A DNA stretch of 63,053 bases from a virus (IMGVR_UViG_3300043391_000302:1-63053); one strand, 5' to 3'; positions 9,749 through 21,318 are shown, counted from the first letter of the stretch. The notes: generated from the letters alone by a model not told the origin. Made by a program: numbers and translations.

Positions 9749-11173
9749 ATGGTATTACCTCAAGCATTAGAATATAATTGGGAATTTAATCGCAGCCTTG
9801 AACAGATTGGCGAACAAGCTCGTCAACAGCGTGCATATCAACAGAAGCTTGAACAAGAGAATAGACAAAAGCAGCTTCAAGTTCTTCAAGAGATTAATCC
9901 TGCTACACTATATCCTAAATTCGAAAGAGAAGTAGTTGATCAAACTATTGGGCAATTAACTGCTGGCATGGCTAATTACATGAAGCAGAATCCAAACGCT
10001 AGTTACATTGAACTACAGAATATGGTCAATCAGAATCTTGGCAAGGTTGCACAATGGTCTGCTAAGGTTAAGTCAATTAAAGAAAACATTGACAAATCTG
10101 TTTCCCTTCGTGATGCTAAGGATCCATATGACAAGGGTAGATTACGTGCGCTTTCAATTGACAGGGCATTGTATAAGACTGATGAGAGTGGTAGGAAAAT
10201 AATGAAAAGCGCAGATGAAATTGATTTAGATTCAGACATCATATCTCAGGTAATTGCTGATAACGAAGACAAGCTCATAGATCCATACAAAGGCGAGCAG
10301 GCGATGGTTGATAAAATCAATGACGCTAAAGAGTACACACAGAATATAGAGCAAACCGTTGAAACCCCTGATGGAAGAAAGACTGTTGTTGTTGGACAGA
10401 AGTCTTCCGTGCCTTTCTTTTTGGAAGCAAAGGACGGACAACTCAGGGTTAAGCAGCAAGAGAATGGATATATAGCTGAAGATGTTTATCAAAGATTCTA
10501 TCAGGATCCTGCTATAAGAGCAAATATAAATGCCAATGCAAAGTCAAACATGCAAAAGATTGGTGTACCTGATTCTCCAGAAGCATTTGAATATTATAAG
10601 CGTGCTTATCTAACTACATGGTTGGAAGGAAACAAGAAGGGTACTATTGACAGAACTGATAAGACCTTATATCAAAAGGCTTCAGAATCTAAGAAGGAAG
10701 TTACCGGAGAGCAAGCATATATAAATGCATACCAAGAAATAGATAATCTTACTTCTTCTAGGAAAAAGGGAATGGGTGCTGCTTTAAATGAGCTTTCACT
10801 TGAAACACAGAATATAGTATTGGATAAGGCGAAAAGCGCTCTTGGTATTACTACTATTGGTCAGGGTGATATTTATGTTAAGAAGGAGAGTGATGGAACT
10901 AATGGTGTTTATACTAGTAAGGACATTCTTAATGATAACAATAAAGTACAAAGAGCTAAGAACAGCAGGATAGGTACACTTACAAGTACTGGAATAAACT
11001 TATCGGCAAATAAGTCTGCAAAGTCTCAGGCTGCAGTAATTAAAGATAAGCCTTCTGGTAAGTCCTATTTAATAGGCGGAAAGAATTATAGTATGAATGA
11101 TTTGAAGGGGATGGGGTATACAGAAGATCAGGTTAATCAGGCAATAAAGGCAGGAACAGTTAAAATAAAGTAA
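9749..11173 (+). CDS. Internal virion / ejection protein
   Basis: Helical Q/K-rich 474 aa protein between the ejection gene and the giant protein. Confidence 0.55.
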   Translation: MVLPQALEYNWEFNRSLEQIGEQARQQRAYQQKLEQENRQKQLQVLQEINPATLYPKFEREVVDQTIGQLTAGMANYMKQNPNASYIELQNMVNQNLGKVAQWSAKVKSIKENIDKSVSLRDAKDPYDKGRLRALSIDRALYKTDESGRKIMKSADEIDLDSDIISQVIADNEDKLIDPYKGEQAMVDKINDAKEYTQNIEQTVETPDGRKTVVVGQKSSVPFFLEAKDGQLRVKQQENGYIAEDVYQRFYQDPAIRANINANAKSNMQKIGVPDSPEAFEYYKRAYLTTWLEGNKKGTIDRTDKTLYQKASESKKEVTGEQAYINAYQEIDNLTSSRKKGMGAALNELSLETQNIVLDKAKSALGITTIGQGDIYVKKESDGTNGVYTSKDILNDNNKVQRAKNSRIGTLTSTGINLSANKSAKSQAAVIKDKPSGKSYLIGGKNYSMNDLKGMGYTEDQVNQAIKAGTVKIK

Positions 11174-14100
11174 TGCAGGAGAATCCAATTAATAACGATC
11201 CATTAGGAATATTAGGCAAAGAAGATCCACTTGGCATTTTAAAAAAAAAAGATGGTGGAGTAACACCCCCTGCTGGTCCATCACCTGCAGCATTACAACG
11301 TTTAGAAGAATTAAAAAAACAGCTAAACGAAAATCAGCTAAAGCCACAAAGAACAGAGCTTCCAAGAGAAGCAAAGCAAGCTCAAGTAAGAGCTGAGTCT
11401 ATTAAGACTAAAGAGGAAGTTACGCCAAAGGTAACTCCTGTAATGTTTTCTAAAACTCCTACTTTCAAAGTAGAGTACCCAGAGCAGGATGAGTTAACAG
11501 CGAAGGTACTAGGATTTCAAAGTGCTCAACAAAGGGTACAATTTCAAGAAGAAGATCAGCAGAGGAATCAAGAAAATGCACAGAAAGCTGCTGATGAATT
11601 TTACAATACTGGTGCAGGTAAGCTTTACTATAATCTATTTAAGCCACTAGCAGATGCTGGTGCTAGGGCTATTGGTAATACTGGCGCTACTGTTTCTAGG
11701 CTTGCAGGAGAGGACAAACTTGCTAATGCAATAGTAGATAGATTTACACCAGAAAAAAGATACGAAGGTACTATTGCTGGCAATAAGCCAACTAAGTTAC
11801 AGGGAGGTTTATTCAATGATGGTAAGATGGATATGGCTAAGCTCCCATCTACTATCGTTCGTGGTTTAGCAGATATGGCTTGGTTGATTGCGCCAGCTGG
11901 TGGTGTAAGTAAGATAGGTCAAGCTGCAGGACTTTCAGAAAAAGTAGCAACAGGTACTGGCTTGATTGCAAATTCATTTCTACAAACTAGAGAAGATTAT
12001 TATCAGGAAGGCAAGGCTTCTGGATTGAAGGGTGATGCTCTTGATAATTTTGCTACTGGTGCTGCTGGTTTAACATCAGCTCTTGAAGCAGTGTTTCCAA
12101 ACACTATCGCTATGGGTGGATTTAAATCCAAGATGGCTAAAGAATATGCCAAGCAAATAGCTAGTGGCATTACTGCAAAGGCAGCATTAAAGGCTGGTGC
12201 TAAGGAAGTTTTAAAAGAAGCTTTGGTAAAAGAACCACTTCAAGAAGTTACACAGCTGGTTGGAGATAAGGTTGCTAGGACCATTACTGATATGACCACT
12301 GGCGAAAATAACTTTGGTGATCAGTTTGATTGGGAGAAAGGTAAGGATGAACTTTATGAAACTCTTGTAATTACTCCTATCATAAGTGCATTTGCTGCTG
12401 GTTCGGGGGCAATTAGGAATTATACTCCTACTAATTATGAGAAGGCTTTATTCTACGATGCCTCTAAGAACCCACAACAAGTAAACCAGTTCTTAGATAA
12501 TAAGTTCATTGAAAAAGAAATTACAGAAGATCAATACAAGCAAGCAAAACAAAAGTTCGCTAGCTACAATACCGCTTTAGAGCAGGTTAAGAATCTTGGG
12601 TACTCTGAGGATCAGACACTGCAGATGGCATGGGAATTATTTTCTGGTAAGGAAAAGCTTCCAGTTAATCAGTCTGTTGTTGCTGATCCAATATTAAAAG
12701 ATGCACTAGGTACTGAAATTAAAAAGGATAAAGAAACTATATCTGAGAATATCAAGTCTATCGGAATGGGTATTCCATCTGTTGGATCTGATATCGAAGG
12801 CAAAGAACTTTCTTTTGTTATCTCTAACATTGGAGACAAGGGTGCTGAAATAGGTCAGGGTTTAGTTGATCAGATTGGCGATGATACATATCGTGTTGAA
12901 GAGGTAAGTGTAAAAGATATTTACGATAACAATCCTGAATTTAAAAACTATGTAGATTCCTATAAAAAAGGTTCTATAAATTCTGAAGCAATGCTTGTTC
13001 CAGCTGTATTGAAAGATAACAGTATAGTTGATGGAAGAGCTAGGCTTGCAGAGCAATACTTGTCAGGTAAAGAAAGAGTTAAAGTATTCAAAAACATAAG
13101 CAATACTATTGCTCAAGGTCAAGTCCTAGAAGATCAATTCACTCAACCGAAAGCTGATATTACTGGCCAAGGGACAATAGTAACTCTTGCTCCATTTTAT
13201 AACACTACAGTTTCTAACACAACTGACGCTAAGAAAGTCAGAGAGACTCCTGAGTATAAGCAGTACTTTGATAGTATACCAACTGTTGCAAAGGCTCTTG
13301 GTTTAGATGTTGAGATTGTCAATGAAACTATTGGTGGTTTTGTAAATAGTGCAGGCGAGAAGATTACTGAAGTTTCAAATAAAATATTTGTAGCTAACGG
13401 TACAATTGATCAGGCGGAAGAGTTTGGTGCAATCATGGGAACCATGACACCAGAGACTCAAGAAGCTACCATTGCAGCAAGATATGTAAACGAGCAAGAA
13501 GAGGATTCAGTTCCTGCAGACGAGTACGTAGAAGAGATTGGCATCAAAGTTGGTGACATTGATGGCGCTCTTGAATCATTAAGGGAGGCTGGAATATTTG
13601 ACTTTACTGTAGATGAGGATAAAAAAACTGTATCAATTCTTGATTTTAGTAGGGGTGAGGATGTTGCTTTTGATAATAATATAGCTAACTTTGTATCGAT
13701 TTTAAAAGGGAAAAATATTTCTTATGGAAAAGAAGGTAGAAGACCAGTCAATTCAAGGTACATCGGCCCTTCAAGAAGGACTGAAATTCTTGAAAGAATT
13801 GCGGGAGATGCCATTAGACTACAGCAGGGCGGGGAAAATCTTCGTTCAATCATCTCCGAAGCGAGGAGAAGAAATCAAAAGTTCGGAGAAGAAGAAGTAG
13901 CACGTCAGGACAGAAATGCCCAGCTCGAAACAAAACTCGCAGAAGAACTCAGACAAGATCTAGTTAGTGATCCAATCAGTAAGGCTGCACAATCTCTTAA
14001 GTCTACTGGCGTATCTATTGATCTAGTAGAAGATCCTGCCGAGTATGACACAATGGTCCAGCAGCTCGGGGGACAAAGAGGTACAGAAGGAGTCTTCTTA

Positions 14101-17100
14101 TCTAACAATGGAAAGATCCTCCTAAACAAATCCAAATTAAATGATGCAATAACAGCGGGTAGAATCGTATGGCATGAGTCTTCTCATCCTATCGTTAATA
14201 TCATCCGTAATACCAATCCAGAATTATACAACCGTGTAATATCTGGAATGAAGTCTTCAGATAATCCTGCCGTTCAGCAGGCAATTGCATGGGCGAATCA
14301 GAACTATCAAGGAGAAGGTGTAATTGATGATGAGAGTATCGTTGAAGCTATCGCCATGGTAGCTGATGGTACACTTGATCTCAATAAGGTTTCAACTGAC
14401 TTAAAACAATCTATAATAGATTTTATTAACCTAATAGCTAGAGCATTTGGTCTAGGTCAGGTTCGTGATACAGACGTACAAGAATTTAAAAACCTAGCTA
14501 GTCAGATTGCTGATGCGCTTACAAGTGGTAGAGATATAGCTGAGGTTGTTGGTCAGGAGAATGTAAAAGCAACAGAGAATCAGTTAGCACAGCTAAGAAT
14601 AAGTTCAGCTGACATTGCTAAGCGTACAGAAGATAAGACGATAGATGGGTTTGTACAGCCATCAATGATACTGATGGGTAAGCAGAAGGGTCAAGATGTA
14701 GAACTATACTCTGGTCCTGCTAGCATAGAAGATCTTAAAAGGATCAAGCCAGATATGTATGTATCTAGGGCTGAAGAGCTTACTAAATCTGCTTTGGTAC
14801 AAGGTAAGGTTAGAGCATACCCTTCAACTGCTTCTATGCAGTCTAAACTTAAATGGGCAGATAATGTATATGCTAAGGCTAAAGACACAGTAGTATCAAA
14901 TCTACTTTATATATACGATGCTATACCTAGCGAGATTAGAGATATATCAAAGCTTTGGTATGATGGCGCAAATATTATTGCTCAAGAGCTTGCCGAAAAA
15001 TACAATACAACTCTAGAACAGGCATCTGCTGTAATAGCATCTCAATCTCCTCAGAAGCCATGGTACGATAACGTACATCTTGCACATTTTGTGATGGATT
15101 TCTATGCCAATAAAAATGACATGGAGTTCACTAAAGAGATGTATGATTATTATGCTTTAAAGAGTCAGCCTACTAAACAGAATCCTGCAGGATATCCTAA
15201 GCAGATACAGTATTTGCCTACACTTGAAAAGGCTGTGGGTAAGAAGTTTAGTGAATTGTCTAATTATGATAAGTCTGTAATGATACGTGCAGACTTCGAT
15301 AATAACTATGAAAGAAGAGCGCCATTAAGAATTCCTACTGGAGTTATTGTTGGTCGTGTTAACTCAATGTCATCCTTCTCTGGTTATGATACAATCGCAA
15401 AGGCTGTGTCTATACTTGAGAATGGAAGTGAAAAGAATATTTCAGATAATCTTGGTAAGGCTTTCAAGGTTAGGAACTTTAACAATAATATTTCAAAACC
15501 TAGACAGGATGCAGAGGTGACCATTGATACACATGCAATGGCTGCTGCATATATGCTTCCTCTTGGTAGCAAAAGCCCTGAAGTTAAATTTGACGAAGCT
15601 ACTTATGCTTTCTTTGCAGATGCTTATAGAGATGCTGCTTCTAAGAGAGGGGTACTAGCTAGGGAAATGCAAAGTATTGTTTGGGAAGGTGTTAGATCTG
15701 TATTCCCTGCATCAGATAAAAGCGAAGCAAATAAGGCAAAAGCTAGGGAGATATGGAGTAATTATAAAAATGGTTCATTAACTTTGAACGATGTTCAAGA
15801 ACAAATAAAAGCAAATGGAAAAGACTTATCAATCACAGACTGGTCAAGATTCACTGATAGACTCCTTGAAGAAGATGGGAAGTCCAGTTACCTTGAAGAA
15901 TTACCTCTCGCTGGCGGGAATCAGCCTGCCACTGGACTCAGAGATGGCAGCAGTGATAGCAGGAGAGTTTCCAGAATGGGAGAAAGAAGTCTACAAGCTG
16001 GTGCCCAATTCTCAGTAGGCAACCGCCTAGCACCTAACGGTAAGCCATCTAAACTAACTGAGGCACAGTACAATCAAGTAAGAACACCTGAATTTAAAAA
16101 CTGGTTTGGCGATTGGGAGAATGATCCTGCCAATGCATCTAAAGTAGTAGATGAAAATGGCGAACCATTGGTTGTGTATCATGGCACATCCAAGGATAAA
16201 GACTTTAATAAGTTCAATGTGTCAGACAGGGGGGCTTGGTTTACTTCAGATCCTAAGGAAGCTTCTAGCTACGCCGTAGAGAATGACAACATGAGGTCAA
16301 AATTTGATTTCTACACAGGGGAAAGAACAGATCAGAATACTTCCTCAAGAGTACTGCCTGTATTTTTGAACATCAAAAAACTTTACAAGTACGAGACTGA
16401 TGTAAGTCAAGAAGATAGAAGAAAGCTGATGTATGCTAAGTCATACAGGAGCGTTCAGAGAGAGATTTTTAGGAGATTGTATTCTGATGCATTTAATTCT
16501 AGACAGCAAAAGGAATCTGGTGTTGACATGGGTGCAGGAATATATGTAGCACTTGGCGGGCCAAACCAGATTAAGTCAGCTAGTGGCAACAGAGGTACGT
16601 TTAGTACAACTGACGATAAGGTCCAAGCGTCTGTAGGTAACCGTGATATCATCAATGGATTCTATTCTCCAATAGAAGATCGTATCAACACATTCAAACA
16701 ACCAAAGGCTTCTGTACAGAAGTGGAAAGAGATTGTTGGAGTGAAGTCTGACGAGGCTGTGTTCTCTGGATTAGCGGACTGGCTCGGGGGAATGAAACCT
16801 GACCGTCAACTATCCAAAGAAGAAGTTCTTCAGTTCATAAAGGATAACAGGATTGAGATTAATGAGGTTGTTAAGGGTAAAGGCGGGAAGATGACTCAAG
16901 TCCAAATGGATGATGTTTATAATGGTGTTAGAGAACAGCTAGCCATTATGGATATGATTGACGATGTTGACTCTGTAAAGAACAATCCACTTGATGTTTG
17001 GTATAATAACCCTACCGATGAAAACTACGATCAGCTTGGAGACTTCCTTGAAGATCGTGGTATTGATTTGAATTTTATAGCAGACGCAGAAAATGACGGA

Positions 17101-20100
17101 ACTAAATACTCCCAATACCAACTCCCCGGTGGTGAGAACTATAAAGAGGTGTTGATTACGTTGCCCGGCAAAGAAGAAAATTTATTTAAGGAGTGGTTTA
17201 AAAATAAATACGGTTCAGATACGACTAGTTTTGATGATAGCTTTATAAGGACTGCAAGAGAACAGTATAAGTATTCTGCAAAACCTTCAGATACTTCAGA
17301 CTCTCCATCGTTCAAATCCTCCCACTTCGATGAAGCCAACATCATCACTCACCTCAGGATGAACACACGTACTGATGCAGATGGCAAGAAGGTATTGTTC
17401 CTTGAGGAGGTGCAGTCAGACTGGGGACAGAAGGGCAAGAGAGAAGGGTTTATTAATGATATAGTTATTAAGAGTGATCCGAAGTTAAATGGATTTTTTG
17501 CAGCTTATGATAAGAGTGGAGAAAGGTTGCCATTAAGGTATAATGGTGAATCTGTATCTGCATTAAAAACAGAAGACAAAGTAAGAGAAGCTTTAATTCA
17601 AAACCCTCCTTCAGGTCTAGTTACATCAGCCCCATACGTAACCAACACCAACGCTTGGGTAAAGCTTGGGCTTAAGGTTGCGTTGAAGGAGGCTGTTAGA
17701 CAGGGTGCAGATAGAATTGCTTGGACTACTGGCGAACAGCAGAACGCAAGGTATGATTTAAGTAAATCTATAAAGAGAGTTGATTTTATCAGAATCGGTG
17801 ACAATAGATATAAATACGAAGCATTAGATTTAGACGGAAAGAGAATTGCCTATGATGATAATGGCACTACATCATTGCAAGAGATAGAAGATATGTTCGG
17901 TAAGGACATAGCAGAAAAAGTAAAAGCAGATAAGGCTGGGGATTTAAGGTTGCAAGGTGATGGTTTAAAAGTTGGCGGCAAAGGAATGAAAGCATTCTAC
18001 GGTGATGCTAAGACTCTCGGTATTGTTGGTAATGTAGCTAAGGCTTTAGTTAAGGAGTTGACTGGTAAGGAAGGTAGTGTGGTAGAAAGTAAAATTTCAA
18101 CCCCAGTTAATCAAGATGTTATTGATAGATATAACAGGGCAAGGCAGTATGGTAATGTACCAGAAGCTTTGGCTAAAGAATACGAACAAGCTACAGGACT
18201 TCAGGGTGCACAACCTGCTATCGATATTACCCCCGAACTCAAGGCTTCTGTTCAAGGAGGTATTCCACAGTTCTCAGTAGGTAATCGTCCAGAGAACAAT
18301 GCAAACTTTAAGCTTGGCGCCTTTGTTATGCGTAAGAAAGCAGATGGTGCTACGGATGGTGAGATTGCAATTGCAATTGCAAGTGTAACAGGAATGAAGC
18401 CTGAGGATATTAAAAAACTTATTGACAATCCTGAGCAATATATTAGGGATAGTTTCCCAAGCATGTCTAAGCTTCAGCAGGATAACCTGATTCAGAAAGC
18501 TAAGATCCAGAACATCTATCGTGGTCGCCAGTTTGGTAAGCCAATCGACAAAGCATTCACAGGACTTGAAGTTCCTAAGGAGAAGATAGATGAGTATATG
18601 AGGAAGACTGCTGGTGCTGATAACTTTGTTAAAGAATGGGCTAAAGATTTTAATAAGAACTGGCTTGATCCTGCTAGAGGTTTACCTAATTGGGTATTGG
18701 AGATTAAAGATTTTGCTTCAGGAACAAAGAACATAGAAGTAGCTAGAGCTGCTAAGACTATTGAAAGATTAAAAGCACAGGCTAAGAAGATAGGTTTTGA
18801 AGATTGGGGTGCATTTAGCAAAGCATTAGTCGTAGCTAAAGATGTAAAGAGATTTATTCCTAACGAGGATGGCATTGTTCCATTCGATGCTGGAGTTGCT
18901 GCTGCAGGCAGAATGTTTACTACGCCAGACGATCAACTACCTTCACTTGTTCCTGCTGAGATTAAAGCTCTACCTCAGGAAATCATTCCATTCGTATACG
19001 CTATGCGTGGTCAGATTGATAATCTTACTAGAGATCTTATTGGGTATGGTTATGTTAGCCCTGAGCAGGCAGTTACATTAGAAAACAACTTAGGTCAATA
19101 TGTTAACCGTGCGTACAGAATGTACAACGAGATGAGATACAAGCCTGAGAAAGAAGTATACCACGCTGCTGTCAAGTTCCTTGCTGATCAGTACATTAAA
19201 CAAATAGCTACTGATAAAGCTGGTGTTGTTAGTTATGAGGAAGTTCAGAATGAAGCTATAGAAAAAGCTAAGAAGGAAGTTGAGGGAATTCTGAATAAAA
19301 AGAAAAATCCATACTTCAATGCCAAGACAGAAAGAAGAAACACAGGCATACTAGAACAGCGTAAGGATATCCCCGAACCGATGAGAAAGTTAATGGGAGA
19401 GTATACTGATCCCGGTACTGTGTTCATGATGACTGTAGCCAAGCAGGCTGCACTTAAAGCTTCTAGCGAATACCTTACTAAGCTTCGTGAAAACGGTATG
19501 GGTACATTATTCTTTGAAGAGAACGATCCAAGCAGAACAGCTAGCCATAGTGTACAGATTGCTAGCACAGGAACAGAATCCATGAGTCCTCTTGGCGGAC
19601 TATTTACTACGCCAGAAATTGCTGAAGCTTTAGAAACCGTTGAGCCAACATATAACGAGTTAACAAATACTTGGATGAAATTAGTTGGCGCAGTAAGATG
19701 GGGTAAAACAGTTGGATCTATAGGTACACAGTTTAAGAACTTTGAATCTAATACTTTGTTTGCTGTTCTTAATGGAATGCTGCTGTCTGGAAAGAATACA
19801 AAAGCATTTGGAGCTGCAGCTAAATATGTAAAAGGCCAGTACTCTGCTAAAGAAATAGATGACATTACAGAGAAGACTATCAAGTTAAACCTAGTTGGGC
19901 AGAGTGTTGGAATGCGTGAGCTTAAGACCATGCTAGGCAGTGGCGATATAAATGACATAGCTCTTGACATTTCGCTAAGTCCAGATGGTAAGTGGGGTAA
20001 GAAGGTTGCTAAGAATTTAAATGTATTCAGAGAAGCTAATAAGCTTTATAGATTAGGTGATGACTTCTGGAAAGTCTATGCATATATTAACGAGAGAGAG

Positions 20101-21318
20101 CAGATGTCTGATGCTAGGTTTGGACAGGCTTATGATCAACTTACTCCAGAACAGCAGGAACAAATAGATGTTGAATCTTCAGAGAGAGTTAAGAGTACAT
20201 GGCCAACTTATGACAGGGTAGTAGAAGCTGCTAAGTTTGTAAGCAAGCGTGCACCTATCTTTGGTAACTTCATTAGCTTCCAAGCTGAATCTCTCAGGGT
20301 ATTAGCAAACTCAATTAAAATTGCAAGAGAAGATTTAAAAGATCCTAAGACTGCGCACCTAGGCGTGAGAAGGATTGCTGGCATTACAGCTTACTTCGGA
20401 TTGCGTAGCGCAATTACAATAGGTGTAGCAAAGCTAACAGGATTTGCTGCTGCTGGTATTCTTGGTGCAGCGTTTGGTGATGATGAAGAGGAGCGTAACA
20501 AGAAGGCAATACAAGAAGCACTTCCGACATTCATGAGGACTGGTGAATTGTTTCCAATAAGAACAAAGGAACCGCACAGGTTTGTTGTGGTTAACATGTC
20601 TTCTCTTGATCCATATGGAATTATTCCTAATTCACTGAATGCATTTACCGAAGGTCGTGAGGGTATATTCAAGAAGACTATGGATCCCGGTGTTGGCGCA
20701 GCTGCGGCAGAGTTGTTTAGTGCATTCCTTGAACCAGAGATGACATTCAAAACCATGTGGTCTGTTATGAATAACATTGACCCTAAGACAAAGCAAGATA
20801 TAGTTATGTCTACAGATACCGATGGTCAAGCATTAGCTAAAGTAGCAAGCAAGGTATGGGATCAACTAGAGCCATCAAGTGTAGCTCTTGTAAAAAGGTT
20901 TTATGAAAGAGAAGACAAGGAGGCTGAGTTGCTTGCAATCTTTGGTGCTAGACCATACGATGTTGATCTTCACAAATCATTTGGTTATATACTAAGCCAG
21001 TTCGGGAGAGATGTTGACGCTATCAACACAGAATACAATAAGATTAAGTTCAAAGATTTACCACAGGCAGATAAGGATGCAGCAGAAAGAGCAGCTGAAG
21101 ACAAGAAGGCTTTTGCAATCAGTAAGGTAAATGAAATATACAGAAACTTCATAAACATTGGCGCTGACCCTGAAGTATTGGATCAGTTAATCAACCAGAG
21201 ATCTCCAATTAAGGTAACTGGATTTGATAAGAACACCAAAGACTACTTGAAGACTGGTGACATTAAAAGAGAAGAACTATTCAAAGGTGATTCTAACAAA
21301 GGTTTAAAATTTAGATAA
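11173..21318 (+). CDS. Giant (3381 aa) injected polyvalent protein with zincin HExxH, DUF7178-like, ART-PolyVal-like ADP-ribosyltransferase and EEVQSDW domains
   Basis: WHESSH; WYDGAN...SPQKPW...KVRNF...VTIDTH; SKVVDENGEPLVVYHGT...FTSD...PVFLNIK...NQIKSA; HLRMN.R...LFLEEVQSDW; helical C-terminal region. Confidence 0.8.
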   Translation: MQENPINNDPLGILGKEDPLGILKKKDGGVTPPAGPSPAALQRLEELKKQLNENQLKPQRTELPREAKQAQVRAESIKTKEEVTPKVTPVMFSKTPTFKVEYPEQDELTAKVLGFQSAQQRVQFQEEDQQRNQENAQKAADEFYNTGAGKLYYNLFKPLADAGARAIGNTGATVSRLAGEDKLANAIVDRFTPEKRYEGTIAGNKPTKLQGGLFNDGKMDMAKLPSTIVRGLADMAWLIAPAGGVSKIGQAAGLSEKVATGTGLIANSFLQTREDYYQEGKASGLKGDALDNFATGAAGLTSALEAVFPNTIAMGGFKSKMAKEYAKQIASGITAKAALKAGAKEVLKEALVKEPLQEVTQLVGDKVARTITDMTTGENNFGDQFDWEKGKDELYETLVITPIISAFAAGSGAIRNYTPTNYEKALFYDASKNPQQVNQFLDNKFIEKEITEDQYKQAKQKFASYNTALEQVKNLGYSEDQTLQMAWELFSGKEKLPVNQSVVADPILKDALGTEIKKDKETISENIKSIGMGIPSVGSDIEGKELSFVISNIGDKGAEIGQGLVDQIGDDTYRVEEVSVKDIYDNNPEFKNYVDSYKKGSINSEAMLVPAVLKDNSIVDGRARLAEQYLSGKERVKVFKNISNTIAQGQVLEDQFTQPKADITGQGTIVTLAPFYNTTVSNTTDAKKVRETPEYKQYFDSIPTVAKALGLDVEIVNETIGGFVNSAGEKITEVSNKIFVANGTIDQAEEFGAIMGTMTPETQEATIAARYVNEQEEDSVPADEYVEEIGIKVGDIDGALESLREAGIFDFTVDEDKKTVSILDFSRGEDVAFDNNIANFVSILKGKNISYGKEGRRPVNSRYIGPSRRTEILERIAGDAIRLQQGGENLRSIISEARRRNQKFGEEEVARQDRNAQLETKLAEELRQDLVSDPISKAAQSLKSTGVSIDLVEDPAEYDTMVQQLGGQRGTEGVFLSNNGKILLNKSKLNDAITAGRIVWHESSHPIVNIIRNTNPELYNRVISGMKSSDNPAVQQAIAWANQNYQGEGVIDDESIVEAIAMVADGTLDLNKVSTDLKQSIIDFINLIARAFGLGQVRDTDVQEFKNLASQIADALTSGRDIAEVVGQENVKATENQLAQLRISSADIAKRTEDKTIDGFVQPSMILMGKQKGQDVELYSGPASIEDLKRIKPDMYVSRAEELTKSALVQGKVRAYPSTASMQSKLKWADNVYAKAKDTVVSNLLYIYDAIPSEIRDISKLWYDGANIIAQELAEKYNTTLEQASAVIASQSPQKPWYDNVHLAHFVMDFYANKNDMEFTKEMYDYYALKSQPTKQNPAGYPKQIQYLPTLEKAVGKKFSELSNYDKSVMIRADFDNNYERRAPLRIPTGVIVGRVNSMSSFSGYDTIAKAVSILENGSEKNISDNLGKAFKVRNFNNNISKPRQDAEVTIDTHAMAAAYMLPLGSKSPEVKFDEATYAFFADAYRDAASKRGVLAREMQSIVWEGVRSVFPASDKSEANKAKAREIWSNYKNGSLTLNDVQEQIKANGKDLSITDWSRFTDRLLEEDGKSSYLEELPLAGGNQPATGLRDGSSDSRRVSRMGERSLQAGAQFSVGNRLAPNGKPSKLTEAQYNQVRTPEFKNWFGDWENDPANASKVVDENGEPLVVYHGTSKDKDFNKFNVSDRGAWFTSDPKEASSYAVENDNMRSKFDFYTGERTDQNTSSRVLPVFLNIKKLYKYETDVSQEDRRKLMYAKSYRSVQREIFRRLYSDAFNSRQQKESGVDMGAGIYVALGGPNQIKSASGNRGTFSTTDDKVQASVGNRDIINGFYSPIEDRINTFKQPKASVQKWKEIVGVKSDEAVFSGLADWLGGMKPDRQLSKEEVLQFIKDNRIEINEVVKGKGGKMTQVQMDDVYNGVREQLAIMDMIDDVDSVKNNPLDVWYNNPTDENYDQLGDFLEDRGIDLNFIADAENDGTKYSQYQLPGGENYKEVLITLPGKEENLFKEWFKNKYGSDTTSFDDSFIRTAREQYKYSAKPSDTSDSPSFKSSHFDEANIITHLRMNTRTDADGKKVLFLEEVQSDWGQKGKREGFINDIVIKSDPKLNGFFAAYDKSGERLPLRYNGESVSALKTEDKVREALIQNPPSGLVTSAPYVTNTNAWVKLGLKVALKEAVRQGADRIAWTTGEQQNARYDLSKSIKRVDFIRIGDNRYKYEALDLDGKRIAYDDNGTTSLQEIEDMFGKDIAEKVKADKAGDLRLQGDGLKVGGKGMKAFYGDAKTLGIVGNVAKALVKELTGKEGSVVESKISTPVNQDVIDRYNRARQYGNVPEALAKEYEQATGLQGAQPAIDITPELKASVQGGIPQFSVGNRPENNANFKLGAFVMRKKADGATDGEIAIAIASVTGMKPEDIKKLIDNPEQYIRDSFPSMSKLQQDNLIQKAKIQNIYRGRQFGKPIDKAFTGLEVPKEKIDEYMRKTAGADNFVKEWAKDFNKNWLDPARGLPNWVLEIKDFASGTKNIEVARAAKTIERLKAQAKKIGFEDWGAFSKALVVAKDVKRFIPNEDGIVPFDAGVAAAGRMFTTPDDQLPSLVPAEIKALPQEIIPFVYAMRGQIDNLTRDLIGYGYVSPEQAVTLENNLGQYVNRAYRMYNEMRYKPEKEVYHAAVKFLADQYIKQIATDKAGVVSYEEVQNEAIEKAKKEVEGILNKKKNPYFNAKTERRNTGILEQRKDIPEPMRKLMGEYTDPGTVFMMTVAKQAALKASSEYLTKLRENGMGTLFFEENDPSRTASHSVQIASTGTESMSPLGGLFTTPEIAEALETVEPTYNELTNTWMKLVGAVRWGKTVGSIGTQFKNFESNTLFAVLNGMLLSGKNTKAFGAAAKYVKGQYSAKEIDDITEKTIKLNLVGQSVGMRELKTMLGSGDINDIALDISLSPDGKWGKKVAKNLNVFREANKLYRLGDDFWKVYAYINEREQMSDARFGQAYDQLTPEQQEQIDVESSERVKSTWPTYDRVVEAAKFVSKRAPIFGNFISFQAESLRVLANSIKIAREDLKDPKTAHLGVRRIAGITAYFGLRSAITIGVAKLTGFAAAGILGAAFGDDEEERNKKAIQEALPTFMRTGELFPIRTKEPHRFVVVNMSSLDPYGIIPNSLNAFTEGREGIFKKTMDPGVGAAAAELFSAFLEPEMTFKTMWSVMNNIDPKTKQDIVMSTDTDGQALAKVASKVWDQLEPSSVALVKRFYEREDKEAELLAIFGARPYDVDLHKSFGYILSQFGRDVDAINTEYNKIKFKDLPQADKDAAERAAEDKKAFAISKVNEIYRNFINIGADPEVLDQLINQRSPIKVTGFDKNTKDYLKTGDIKREELFKGDSNKGLKFR

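Noticed and set aside
19245-19970. Long antisense ORFs (e.g. 19245-19970, 57426-58172, 39067-39600, 35868-36314)
   Set aside because: They are shadows of real genes on the opposite strand, with no motifs or leaders.
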